From contig OY970378.1 of the NCBI GenBank assembly GCA_963718875.1, forward strand, positions 947,691-1,011,690: a stretch of DNA of 64,000 bases, in the 5' to 3' direction. Shown piece after piece: positions 1-8,705 of this stretch. Position 1 is the stretch's first letter. Each line of letters starts with the position of its first letter. The position numbers were made by a program, and so were the translations under genes. This DNA comes from Candidatus Parcubacteria bacterium (GTDB lineage Bacteria; Patescibacteriota; Saccharimonadia; UBA4664; JBIOIQ01). The notes beneath the pieces were generated by a model. The model saw only the letters and a program-made list of their open reading frames with translations, made no database searches and was not told where the DNA came from.

Positions 1-1
1 C

Positions 2-175
2 AGGCACAGCGTCGAAATACTGACAAAGTGTGGCTGCCTTGAGGGAGGTGGCTGGATCGCCGCCTGCAGAGCAGGTATCGTGTCGCATGGCGATCTTGTG
101 AGAGCCTCCAGAGTGACGCTCGAAGGAATCTTCGGTGACCATGCGGCAGGCAAGTTGGCAGAGATCGCTGCTTGA
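2..175 (+). CDS. 3' end of a GC-rich hypothetical protein (partial)
   Basis: Frame 2 is open to TGA at 173-175 and is followed by a hairpin plus T-tract at ~192-232. Confidence 0.45.
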   Translation, partial: RHSVEILTKCGCLEGGGWIAACRAGIVSHGDLVRASRVTLEGIFGDHAAGKLAEIAA

Positions 176-241
176 TCCTTCCGTCCACCACGACCGTTCC
201 GGGCTATCAACGCCCGGGGCGGTCGTTTTGCTTTTAAGCCT

Positions 242-310
242 GGTTTTTGAAGTCAGACTTTAATCTTTGGACTTGGGAAATCTCGATTTGAAGTCTGACT
301 TCTGATCTAG
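242..310. repeat. REP-like family A (two GAAGTCNGACTT palindromes about 40 bp apart)
   Basis: Similar copies at 788-857, 7962-8033 and 8604-8703, and inside obgE and tatD. Confidence 0.85.
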
Positions 311-630
311 CTGGCGCTGCGGTTTTCAAGCTTGGCAATGCGAAAACCATGGTCTTTGGCATAATCCTTAACCACCACAACGTCGTCTTTGATCTCTGAA
401 AGTTCTTGATGGATCCCGTCTATCAGCATTGTGATCTTCTCAAATTGTTCGTTTACGCCGGTTATAATTGTTTCAACTGCATTATCAATTTTTGAATCAA
501 GCGCATTTAACCTCTGGCCATGCGCAGCGAACCGTGGTTCAACCACCTCGACCACCACAGCTTTAATTTGTTCTAAGTCTTCCTTGGTAAGAGACATTCT
601 TACTCCTTCTTTAGATTTATTGTATCTCAC
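307..630 (-). CDS. Small coiled-coil hypothetical protein
   Basis: Heptad-rich ORF; likely start MSLTKEDL after an AAGGAG RBS. Confidence 0.7.
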   Translation of the reverse strand: MRYNKSKEGVRMSLTKEDLEQIKAVVVEVVEPRFAAHGQRLNALDSKIDNAVETIITGVNEQFEKITMLIDGIHQELSEIKDDVVVVKDYAKDHGFRIAKLENRSAS

Positions 631-717
631 CTCTTGTCTCTATCATACCGAACAAAAAGCGAAAGTGCCAGGTTCGGTTAGTCTATCTCGTTCCTCTTCG
701 AACAAGCCTACACATTA

Positions 718-857
718 CCTCTGAACTTGTCGAAGGGTCGCAGGGCACGCACATTCCCGGCCTTCGACTACGCTCAGGCCATAATCTGGTTTTTTTGAAG
801 TCAGACTTTAATCTTTGATGTTAGGTAACTGTATTTAAAGTCTGGCTTCTAGTCTGG
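718..857. repeat. REP-like family B (CTTGTCGAAGG / CCTTCGAC-N-GCTCAGG) followed by a family A copy
   Basis: CCTTCGACTACGCTCAGG; related copies near 5806, 7938, 8579, 33579-33663, 48866 and 53729. Confidence 0.8.
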
Positions 858-1358
858 TTATTTAACGACAAAGTTGACTAGTTTGCGCGGGACGGTAATA
901 GTTTTGACCATTGTTTTACCATCAAGATGCTTTTTGACAGACTCAACCTCCGCAGCGGACTTTTCCAACTCATCCTTGCCCACGTCTACGGCCGCTAGCA
1001 TAGTGCCGCGCAGCTTGCCATTGACCTGGATGGCAATCTCAATGATGTCGTCTTTAATTAACTCTGGATCATATTTGGGCCATGCAGCCACATGTACGCT
1101 CTCGGTTTCGCCCAATGCTTCTTGCCACAGCTCTTCGGCTAAGTGCGGCATGGCTGGAGCTAACATGAGGACTAATGTACGCACAGTTCGTTGCGCCAAT
1201 AAAGCGGCCTCAGGTTGCAAAAGTGATTTACGTATATCCGGCGCGTTCAAGAAGTTTACATATTCCATCAAGCTACTGACCATAGTATTAAAGTGCATAT
1301 CTTGAATATCTTCGTGGACTTTTTTCAAAGTTTTGTGAGTCATACGATCTACTGCCAC
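858..1358 (-). CDS. leuS: Leucyl-tRNA synthetase C-terminal (anticodon-binding/CTD) part
   Basis: FNTMVSSLME, LAPAMPHLAEELW, QVNGKLRG and LVNFVV motifs; out of frame with the N-terminal part. Confidence 0.9.
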   Translation of the reverse strand: MAVDRMTHKTLKKVHEDIQDMHFNTMVSSLMEYVNFLNAPDIRKSLLQPEAALLAQRTVRTLVLMLAPAMPHLAEELWQEALGETESVHVAAWPKYDPELIKDDIIEIAIQVNGKLRGTMLAAVDVGKDELEKSAAEVESVKKHLDGKTMVKTITVPRKLVNFVVK

Positions 1359-1359
1359 C

Positions 1360-3882
1360 TCAATGACCCCCTCGTTCCCACTTGGATTGCGAGGGAGCCT
1401 TGGTTTGGGAGTTTTGAATTAACTTATGCGCCAAGTCCCAAGTACGGTACGTAAAACGCCCTACGCCAGCTAAATGTTCCTCACTCCAGGCCATTTCTTG
1501 ATCATATGGTCCCATAAACATCTCGTACAATCGAAGTATATCTGCTCCATGCGTCGTGATTACGCCGTCTGGATTAATAACATTGCCGCGAGATTTGCTC
1601 ATCTTTTGATTGTCCGGCCCTAAAATCATGCCATGGCTTCGTCTCTTGGCATAAGGCTCGAGAGAGGGCACGAGTTTTTGATCATATAAAAATTTGTGCC
1701 AAAAGCGTGAATACAACAAATGAAGTGTCGTATGCTCCATTCCGCCGTTATAGAGATCAACCATCAACCAGTCTTGTAATTTGGACGTTGAAGCAAAAAC
1801 TTGATCATTGTTGGGGTCAATGTAGCGCAAATAGTACCAGCTAGAGCCAGCCCAGTTGGGCATGGTGTCTGTTTCTCGCTTAGCCGGACCATCACATTGA
1901 GGGCAAACCGTATTAACCCAATCGGTAATTGCCGCCAAGGGGCTTTCACCTGTTTTGGTGGGTTCATAATGTTCAACTTCAGGCAAAGTAAGAGGTAGTT
2001 GATCTTCCGGCACCGGCACGACTCCACACTTGGGACAATGAACCACCGGGATAGGTTCGCCCCAGTAATGCTGGCGACTAAAAATCCAATCGCGCAGTTT
2101 GTACTTGACTGCGTGTTTTGCGGACCCCGCTTTAAACAAATCTTCCACTATGGCTTGCTTTGCTTCGGATCCTAATAAACCGTCGTATTGGCCGGAATTA
2201 ATCAGTTCTCCTTCATCCGTAAGTGCGGTTTCTTTCCATAATTGCTGCCAGACAAATTTTTGGTGGTCAGGTACAAGCCTATCTAAAACTGCTTTTTGTT
2301 CGACCCAAACTAGAGTATGTTGCTTGGATTCGGCGTTGGGAATATTGCCTTGCTGGCTTAGATTGTCAACCTCGGCCATGATCACCATAGTAATGGCCTT
2401 GCGGTTTTGCTGCTTATGCGAGGCGCAGTAACGCGCTCCGGTAACCCAACGTAACTTGCGAACAATATTTATGTCCTGTAAGGCCGCTTCTTCGCGGATC
2501 TCATTTAAGGCGGCAGTTTCAGGTGTTTGCCCGTCTTCAATCCCTCCCATGATGGCAGTAGTTATGCCCTCAAGAGTACCGTGCCAATCAAGCAGGGCAA
2601 ATTTACCAGTGGACTTATCTTTAAGATGGACGATTACCGTGTCCCGAACGACTTCTTCGTACCTGGGTTGAGGTGGATTTTTGGTATCGTCCTCAATAGG
2701 CATGATTACCTGCTTAATTGGTAGGTCAAATTTTTTGGCAAACTCAAAGTCACGCTCATCGTGGGCAGGGACAGCCATAATGGCGCCCGTACCGTAACCC
2801 ATTAAAACGTAGTCGGCGATCCAAACTGGAAGTTCCTCTTTGGTAAGAGGGTTGATCGCCATTGCTCCGGTCCAGACGCCAGTTTTGGGCCGCTCCTGGT
2901 CTTGCCGCATTAACTCTGTCTCGGACTGGACGGTTTTGATATAGCTTTCAGTAACTGATTTTTGACCAGAGGTTGTGATGTCTTTTACTAGTGGATGTTC
3001 AGGCGCCAAGACTAAAAATGTAGCTCCGGCCAATGTGTCGGCACGAGTGGTGAAAACTTCAATATAAGAATTGTCATCCTGAACTCGATTCAGGATCTCT
3101 TGACTTAGTTTAAGAGATTCCGAATCCTGAGCGCTCGCATGGGCATGGTTCGTGCTCGCTTCCGGTCCGGAATGACAGATTGGAAATTTAACCGTCGCCC
3201 CCTCACTTCGACCGATCCAGTTAATTTGTTGCGTGGCCACACGAGGCAAGTAATCGACCGTTTTTAAGTCTTCAATCAGTCTATCAGCATAGGCTGTGAT
3301 TTTGAGTAACCATTGTTTGAGTAATTTTTTTTCGACTTCTGTGCCACAGCGCTCATGACGACCATTAATAACCTCTTCGTTGGCCAACCCAGTCTTACAA
3401 AATGGGCACCAATTAATGGCAATCTCGGCTTGGTAAGCAAGCCCGGCTTTAAGAAGTTGTAAAAAAATCCACTGGGTCCACTTGTAGTACTTAGGGTCAG
3501 TGGTATTAACCTCGCGCGACCAGTCGAAGCTTAGGCCCAAGCTTTTCATTTGGCGACGGAACGTGTCGACATTACGTTCGGTAGCGAGATGAGGGGCAAT
3601 CTTGTTTTTGATTGCATAGTTTTCTGTGGGCAATCCAAAAGCATCCCAGCCCATAGGATAGAGCACATTGAAACCTTGCATACGCTTGTGTCTGGCCATA
3701 ATATCCAGGGCAGTAAAGCTGCGGACATGTCCTACATGCAGCCCATCTCCCGAGGGATAAGGAAATTCTGCCAACAGGTAATATTTGGGCTTAGGATCAA
3801 AATCGACCGCTTGATAAAGCTTAGTGTCCGTCCAAACTTTTTGCCATTTGGGCTCAATTTTGCCTGGTTCGTATGGTTTCAT
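1360..3882 (-). CDS. leuS: Leucyl-tRNA synthetase N-terminal part (catalytic plus editing) with NUDIX and repeat-derived insertions
   Basis: FPYPSGDGLHVGH (HIGH), GWDAFGLP, GTGAIMAVPAHDERD, KMSKS. Confidence 0.95.
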   Translation of the reverse strand: MKPYEPGKIEPKWQKVWTDTKLYQAVDFDPKPKYYLLAEFPYPSGDGLHVGHVRSFTALDIMARHKRMQGFNVLYPMGWDAFGLPTENYAIKNKIAPHLATERNVDTFRRQMKSLGLSFDWSREVNTTDPKYYKWTQWIFLQLLKAGLAYQAEIAINWCPFCKTGLANEEVINGRHERCGTEVEKKLLKQWLLKITAYADRLIEDLKTVDYLPRVATQQINWIGRSEGATVKFPICHSGPEASTNHAHASAQDSESLKLSQEILNRVQDDNSYIEVFTTRADTLAGATFLVLAPEHPLVKDITTSGQKSVTESYIKTVQSETELMRQDQERPKTGVWTGAMAINPLTKEELPVWIADYVLMGYGTGAIMAVPAHDERDFEFAKKFDLPIKQVIMPIEDDTKNPPQPRYEEVVRDTVIVHLKDKSTGKFALLDWHGTLEGITTAIMGGIEDGQTPETAALNEIREEAALQDINIVRKLRWVTGARYCASHKQQNRKAITMVIMAEVDNLSQQGNIPNAESKQHTLVWVEQKAVLDRLVPDHQKFVWQQLWKETALTDEGELINSGQYDGLLGSEAKQAIVEDLFKAGSAKHAVKYKLRDWIFSRQHYWGEPIPVVHCPKCGVVPVPEDQLPLTLPEVEHYEPTKTGESPLAAITDWVNTVCPQCDGPAKRETDTMPNWAGSSWYYLRYIDPNNDQVFASTSKLQDWLMVDLYNGGMEHTTLHLLYSRFWHKFLYDQKLVPSLEPYAKRRSHGMILGPDNQKMSKSRGNVINPDGVITTHGADILRLYEMFMGPYDQEMAWSEEHLAGVGRFTYRTWDLAHKLIQNSQTKAPSQSKWERGGH

Positions 3883-4107
3883 GAGGGTAATTGTACCCTA
3901 GGTAGGCAAAAAGTTCGAGGGCGAGTCCGCGATGTCTGACTTCTCTACCCGAGAAGGAAGTCAGACATCGAGAACTTTTTTACCGGCAAACAGGAAGTAG
4001 GCAGGTTTGCTTATCCGTGACGGAACTCATGACGCTGAGACACGGTGTACTTTTGAGCTTATTTGTAGTATGGTAATGGTTCGAACCTTCGACAGATTGG
4101 ACGAATC

Positions 4108-4440
4108 ATGACACGTCAAGCAGTAAGGAACAACGACGGGCTTGACCAGATGCTTCACCACGTGGACTGGAGCGCAGCTCACGTCAGCAGGGAAATGCTG
4201 TGCAAGCTGATCGCCGTGGCCCTCGAGAGAGACTCCACTGACTCGGTTATGACCGCAAGCGTAATGCTGGCAATTGTCGCGCCGGTGGAAGGCTGTACAC
4301 CTGCAGATTGGCACGACAACCTCGGTTGGCTGCGCAAGACCCTGGCGATCGAGACGCCAGCACCAACCGGCCGGCACCGGGCGGGCGCGAGTGACGGGAC
4401 CAACCACGATGGCCGCAACGGTTCCTCTTGCGGGCACTAG
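4108..4440 (+). CDS. Hypothetical protein, paralog of 4630-4878
   Basis: GC-rich ORF with a VDW...LA..AP...W..NL.WL pattern. Confidence 0.6.
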   Translation: MTRQAVRNNDGLDQMLHHVDWSAAHVSREMLCKLIAVALERDSTDSVMTASVMLAIVAPVEGCTPADWHDNLGWLRKTLAIETPAPTGRHRAGASDGTNHDGRNGSSCGH

Positions 4441-4454
4441 CACCAGGAGCTCTG

Positions 4455-4613
4455 ATGGACTCCACTAGAGTTATCATCCCTGCTTGGTTTCCTGCGCCAG
4501 TTGGAGATGTTGACGAGCGGCCAGTTAGACCATCCCAGTGGGCCCCAGAGGTGATGGCTGAAGTGTTAGCCGAGGAGGCCGGAAGCCTCGTTACAACCAT
4601 TCCTCTGCCATGA
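4455..4613 (+). CDS. Small hypothetical protein
   Basis: AGGAG RBS before ATG, in tandem with flanking ORFs. Confidence 0.45.
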   Translation: MDSTRVIIPAWFPAPVGDVDERPVRPSQWAPEVMAEVLAEEAGSLVTTIPLP

Positions 4614-4629
4614 CCTACAGAGGTGAGTA

Positions 4630-4878
4630 ATGCCCGCCATTGACACGCATCTGGACTTCCTGCCATTTTCCGTTGATTGGGAGCATACGGAGAGCCGTGC
4701 CAGAGTCGCTTTGGTGGTTCAAGCAGCTCTCATCTGCCCCCCGAGCGCCGTAAAAGCCCACTGCCAAACCTTGGCCGTAATGGCTCCTCTAATGGGCGAA
4801 CAGGGAACGGAAGGTTGGGAAGCCAACCTGGAGTGGCTGAAGCTGACCGATGAAGCTGTGAGCTCAAGTGCCTCTTGA
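4630..4878 (+). CDS. Hypothetical protein, paralog of 4108-4440
   Basis: GAGGTGA RBS; shared VDW/W..NL.WL motif. Confidence 0.6.
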   Translation: MPAIDTHLDFLPFSVDWEHTESRARVALVVQAALICPPSAVKAHCQTLAVMAPLMGEQGTEGWEANLEWLKLTDEAVSSSAS

Positions 4879-4929
4879 CGGCAGCTCCGCCAACAATCCA
4901 CACCACACTGTGGCTCCTTTGAAAGCCAC

Positions 4930-4980
4930 AAGCCCCACCAAGACGGCTCCACCAGCTGTTTTGGTGGGGCTTGTCTTTTA
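4930..4980 (+). terminator. Long hairpin terminator, overlapping the promoter of the next gene
   Basis: AAGCCCCACCA...TGGTGGGGCTT plus T-run; TTGTCT-17-TATAAT follows. Confidence 0.7.
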
Positions 4981-5037
4981 TAAAAGTTGATCGTATAATA
5001 TTCCGCACCCGTACCGCCATAGAACAGGGAGCTCCAA

Positions 5038-5568
5038 ATGACCAGCACTATGACAGACGCCGCACGTGCCCAGCGACGGGCAGTTGCCGCCTCCACATTC
5101 CTTCATCCAGCACCTGGTGCTACGCGCCAAAAACTGACCTTCGCCGAGTGGAATGAAATGCTCGGCAGCACGGACGAGCCAGTCGGCACAGTCGATCCTA
5201 CTACCAAGATCGACTTTGGCGAGTGGGTGGGCGCAGCTACCGGCTGGATGGGATTCTTGGCCAACGACGTCTTGACGCATCTCATCCGACTGGGCATGAC
5301 GTCCACCGAATGGTTCGACGAGGCAGCAAGGATTTTCGTTGCCCAGAACATCAAGTCCGCGCAACTGGAGAAAAAGTCGGTTCAAGACTGGTGGGAGTAC
5401 TTGCGTCTGGCGGCAGACAAGTACAAGTCCAGCTTCGCGAACGGCGTTGGCGAAGAGCCCATCCCCCTCCACACCTTCCTCAACCGGATCCTGTCCACCG
5501 ACCTGAACGTTCAGGCGTGGTATACGCGGTTACGGGGTCTGGCCCCGGCATCTAGCACTGTAACGTAG
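5038..5568 (+). CDS. Hypothetical protein (Trp-rich, helical)
   Basis: Own promoter TTGTCT-N17-TATAAT, GGGAG RBS and a downstream hairpin at 5660-5702. Confidence 0.7.
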   Translation: MTSTMTDAARAQRRAVAASTFLHPAPGATRQKLTFAEWNEMLGSTDEPVGTVDPTTKIDFGEWVGAATGWMGFLANDVLTHLIRLGMTSTEWFDEAARIFVAQNIKSAQLEKKSVQDWWEYLRLAADKYKSSFANGVGEEPIPLHTFLNRILSTDLNVQAWYTRLRGLAPASSTVT

Positions 5569-5870
5569 TCGCCTACCGACCATATTCGCCGTTCTCCGGC
5601 GAACCCCTATTCAGCCAGGCAGACCCTTCCATTCAACCGTCCTGCGACCTCTCGACCGCAGCCCCATCAGAACAACCCCCACCGGTTGTTTTGGTGGGGT
5701 TTGTTCGTTTAATGGAGCCCAAAGAATCAGCTGACGTAGCAAGACGACCTGGATTAAGAGATCCTGAACAGTATAAACGTCCCGCTGGAGCGGGACTTTC
5801 TCTTCCCTTCGACTTTGCTCAGGACCTCTGGCAGGATGACAATTTAAAAGCTAGTTGAAATAAATGGTAG

Positions 5871-7007
5871 CTAGAATTGCCCGATAATATTGGACTTAAA
5901 GTTAAAGTTAATCTTCTTTTGCTCATTAAAGCGTTCTTCGGCTAGTCTAATTAGCTCGTCTACCAACTCTACTCCCGACACGCCAGCCGCCCGCCAATTG
6001 TGGTCATACAGCGCGCCAGGCAAAGTATTAATTTCGTTTAAATAAACTTTTCCCGTCTTACCATCAATTAGTAAATCCACCCGGGAAATGCCGGCCGCAC
6101 CGATAGCACGATAGGCCGCAATGGCCATTTGTTCTGATGCCTTAATAAGCTTAGGGTCAATTTTGGCTGGTAGCTCGCTATAATTGCCCTTTTTACCCCC
6201 GCCTTTTTTACCTTGGCCAATATATTTGTCTTCAAAATTAAACAGCTCAGATTTGTTAAGGGCTCGTTCGACCAAGGCAACTCGCGGCTCGGCATTACCC
6301 ATAACCGGCACCGTAACTTCGATTAAGTTGGGTACGCCCTCTTCAACAATCACTTTGTCGTCATAATGCAGCGCCACTTCGATAGCGTTTACAAGTTGGT
6401 CAGGTTTTTGAACTTTGGTAATGGCAATGCTGGAACCCAAATGAACTGGCTTTACAAATAATGGATATTTAAGGCTTTTGAGCTTTTTTTCAACCGCTGA
6501 TTGATTGGCTTGCCAATCATGTCGCATAAACCATTCATAGCGCGGGCTGGGCAGTCCAACCGCACCGGTAACTTGTTTGGTAATGACTTTGTCCATAGCT
6601 ACAGCTGAAGCAAATAAATCGCAACCTACAAACGGCACGCCGGCCATGCGTAAAAGACCCATAAGACTGCCATCTTCGCCGTAAGTGCCATGCATGGCGG
6701 TAAAGGCGACGTCAATTTTTTGCTGGCGGGTCCTTATGGATGGCCAGGTTAAGATAAGTCCGTTATCAAACAGCAGTTGGACCTTTTTCATTTTTTTTAG
6801 CTGACTGGTAAAATCAGGATTTTGGAAAGTTTTAATATCTAACAGTGATGGGTCGCAGTACCACGAACCGTCTTGAGTAATGTAAAGTGGATGCACGGTG
6901 TATTTGCCCGAAGCCTTGAGGCTGGGGATTACCGAAACAAGAGCCGTTACAATTGATACATCGTGCTCAGCTGAACGGCCGCCAAATATTACTAAAACGT
7001 TTTTCAT
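5871..7007 (-). CDS. ddl: D-alanine--D-alanine ligase
   Basis: FGGRSAEHDVS, HGTYGEDG, KPVHLGSS, NEINTLPG. Confidence 0.95.
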   Translation of the reverse strand: MKNVLVIFGGRSAEHDVSIVTALVSVIPSLKASGKYTVHPLYITQDGSWYCDPSLLDIKTFQNPDFTSQLKKMKKVQLLFDNGLILTWPSIRTRQQKIDVAFTAMHGTYGEDGSLMGLLRMAGVPFVGCDLFASAVAMDKVITKQVTGAVGLPSPRYEWFMRHDWQANQSAVEKKLKSLKYPLFVKPVHLGSSIAITKVQKPDQLVNAIEVALHYDDKVIVEEGVPNLIEVTVPVMGNAEPRVALVERALNKSELFNFEDKYIGQGKKGGGKKGNYSELPAKIDPKLIKASEQMAIAAYRAIGAAGISRVDLLIDGKTGKVYLNEINTLPGALYDHNWRAAGVSGVELVDELIRLAEERFNEQKKINFNFKSNIIGQF

Positions 7008-7144
7008 AAGCTTAATTATAGCATCCTCGAGCTCGAGACCGATTTGCCATTGGCGAACTGGTATTTTTTGACTTATTTGGCTTAATTAGGCATAATCACT
7101 TCACTACTCGCTTCGAAGCTTGAAGCCCTATCGGAAAGGCTACT

Positions 7145-7597
7145 ATGAGCCGCTTTACGAGACTCCTGAACCTCTACATCATCGTTGTTGGAGCGCTGGC
7201 CGGCCTGTGGCTTCTCTCCGTTATATCCATTGGACTGGGGAGAGGATCTGTCTTCAATACTCGATACGTGATGCTCTGCATTGCAAGCGTAGGTGTACTG
7301 GCCGTCATGGTTCTTGTAACAATCCTGTTGCTGGTAGATGACTGGGATAGCTCACTAATGCTCGCCCGAGTAGTCCCGGCTCACATTGTTGGTGGATCTG
7401 TGGCCTTGGGCTTTGCCTTTCATGTCACGCCAACAACTGGAATGGCGGCGCCTGCCTTAAACTGGCTGGTGGCAGTAATGTTCTACCTCTTGGCCGCGGC
7501 CGCTTGCATATCGATCACCTTGCAGCTCTATCTTGCTTCGCCCGTAAGTAACAAACGCCCACCAAAGGACTCCGGCAAGATCTTGAAGGCGCTGTAG
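7145..7597 (+). CDS. Four-TM membrane protein
   Basis: Hydrophobic segments; upstream TTGACT-N17-CATAAT promoter. Confidence 0.65.
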   Translation: MSRFTRLLNLYIIVVGALAGLWLLSVISIGLGRGSVFNTRYVMLCIASVGVLAVMVLVTILLLVDDWDSSLMLARVVPAHIVGGSVALGFAFHVTPTTGMAAPALNWLVAVMFYLLAAAACISITLQLYLASPVSNKRPPKDSGKILKAL

Positions 7598-7851
7598 TGG
7601 AGATCAACTTCCAGGAACTATTGGGCATGCTCGGCCGGTTCGTGCTTGACGGGTTCAAACGGAAGCGTCTGGCAGCGACGCTGTTCCTTTACTTACTCGG
7701 CGATGCCATCATGATGGGGATGATCGGCGTCATGATAGTAATCGGGCATCCGACGGGTGTAGCTGTGGCACTTGTTGCGACAGTGATGGCGATTTGGTTG
7801 ACACTCCCAACCTTCCGAGCTTGGGAGAGAAACCAGGCAGACATGCGTTAG
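7597..7851 (+). CDS. Small two-TM membrane protein
   Basis: Translationally coupled to the previous ORF (TAGTG overlap). Confidence 0.6.
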   Translation: MEINFQELLGMLGRFVLDGFKRKRLAATLFLYLLGDAIMMGMIGVMIVIGHPTGVAVALVATVMAIWLTLPTFRAWERNQADMR

Positions 7852-8046
7852 AACAACAACCACCGGTCCGGCGGCCACGCGCAAGCGCAGCTGCCGGACC
7901 GTTCGGCTTTTATAATCTGATTCTACGCTGGGCAAGGCCTTCGACCGACTCAGGCAATGATTGGTTTTTTGAAGTCCAACTTTAATCTTCATGGCTTTTG
8001 GCAATCGGGATTTGAAGTCAGACTTCTGATCAGTGTGAAAAGGCAA

Positions 8047-8515
8047 ACGGCACCCCCGAGGAGGGGGTGCCGTGAGTGGCCCGCCAAGAAAGCGGCAGGC
8101 CAGTTTGTTTAGGGTGGTCAGCGGATCTGGTAATGGGGCGATTACCGTACTGCGATCCGCCTATCGTAGGGTTTCACACGCCGGATGAGGAACGCCCTCG
8201 TTAAGGCCCCAACTATCGCCACATATGCCCAGAAACCATGGGCCAGCTTTCCAAAAACGTCAAGGCGTTATACTTACTGCACCTGCTGACAATTTCGTCA
8301 GCTCCGCCCGGGCCCTGGTATGCGTATGCCTACGCATACCAGGGTAGATCCCGTTTGGGCCAATCGGCCGTCTGGTCGAGCTTCCGTTCGAGGGTGTGTG
8401 CCGGAGGGACCTGCCCAGGGGCACATTCATGACCCACCAAGAGCCGAGGCGCTTGATACCCTAGGATCCCATTGGACTTGACGGAAGAGCATCGCTTTTC
8501 GCCCGATCGGGGTAT
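8047..8515 (-). ncRNA. Candidate large structured non-coding RNA of unknown class
   Basis: Promoter TTGACA(8548-8543)-N17-TACGTT; many nested stems; terminator hairpin at 8047-8073; no protein-like ORF. Confidence 0.6.
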
Positions 8516-8519
8516 GAAA

Positions 8520-8549
8520 AACGTAGCAAAACTTGACAGAAGTGTCAAG
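8520..8549 (-). promoter_or_regulatory. Sigma70-type promoter with an operator-like inverted repeat over the -35
   Basis: CTTGACA-GAAG-TGTCAAG at 8532-8549. Confidence 0.55.
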
Positions 8550-8705
8550 AGAATTTTTGATAAATATTTTTAGTTCAGCCTTCGACTATGCTCAGGCAAT
8601 AATTGATTTTTGAAGTCCGACTTTAATCTTAATAGCTTAGCAGTCTCGATTTGAAGTCGGACTTCTGATCTAGGTTTCATTTGAAGTCGGACTTCTGGTC
8701 TGGGT

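Noticed and set aside
3072-3177. Intein or self-splicing intron in leuS or obgE
   Set aside because: Inserts are far too short, lack intein C-terminal HN and intron core motifs, and match intergenic palindromes
4108-5702. Integron cassette array
   Set aside because: Hairpins lack RYYYAAC/GTTRRRY attC ends, genes have their own promoters and no integrase is present
8047-8515. RNase P RNA, tmRNA, SRP RNA or riboswitch
   Set aside because: Diagnostic motifs not found on either strand, and no adjacent downstream gene for a riboswitch
8238-8548. ORFs 8238-8432(+) and 8330-8548(-)
   Set aside because: No RBS; sequence is explained by RNA hairpins (the YAYAYAY peptide comes from a palindrome)
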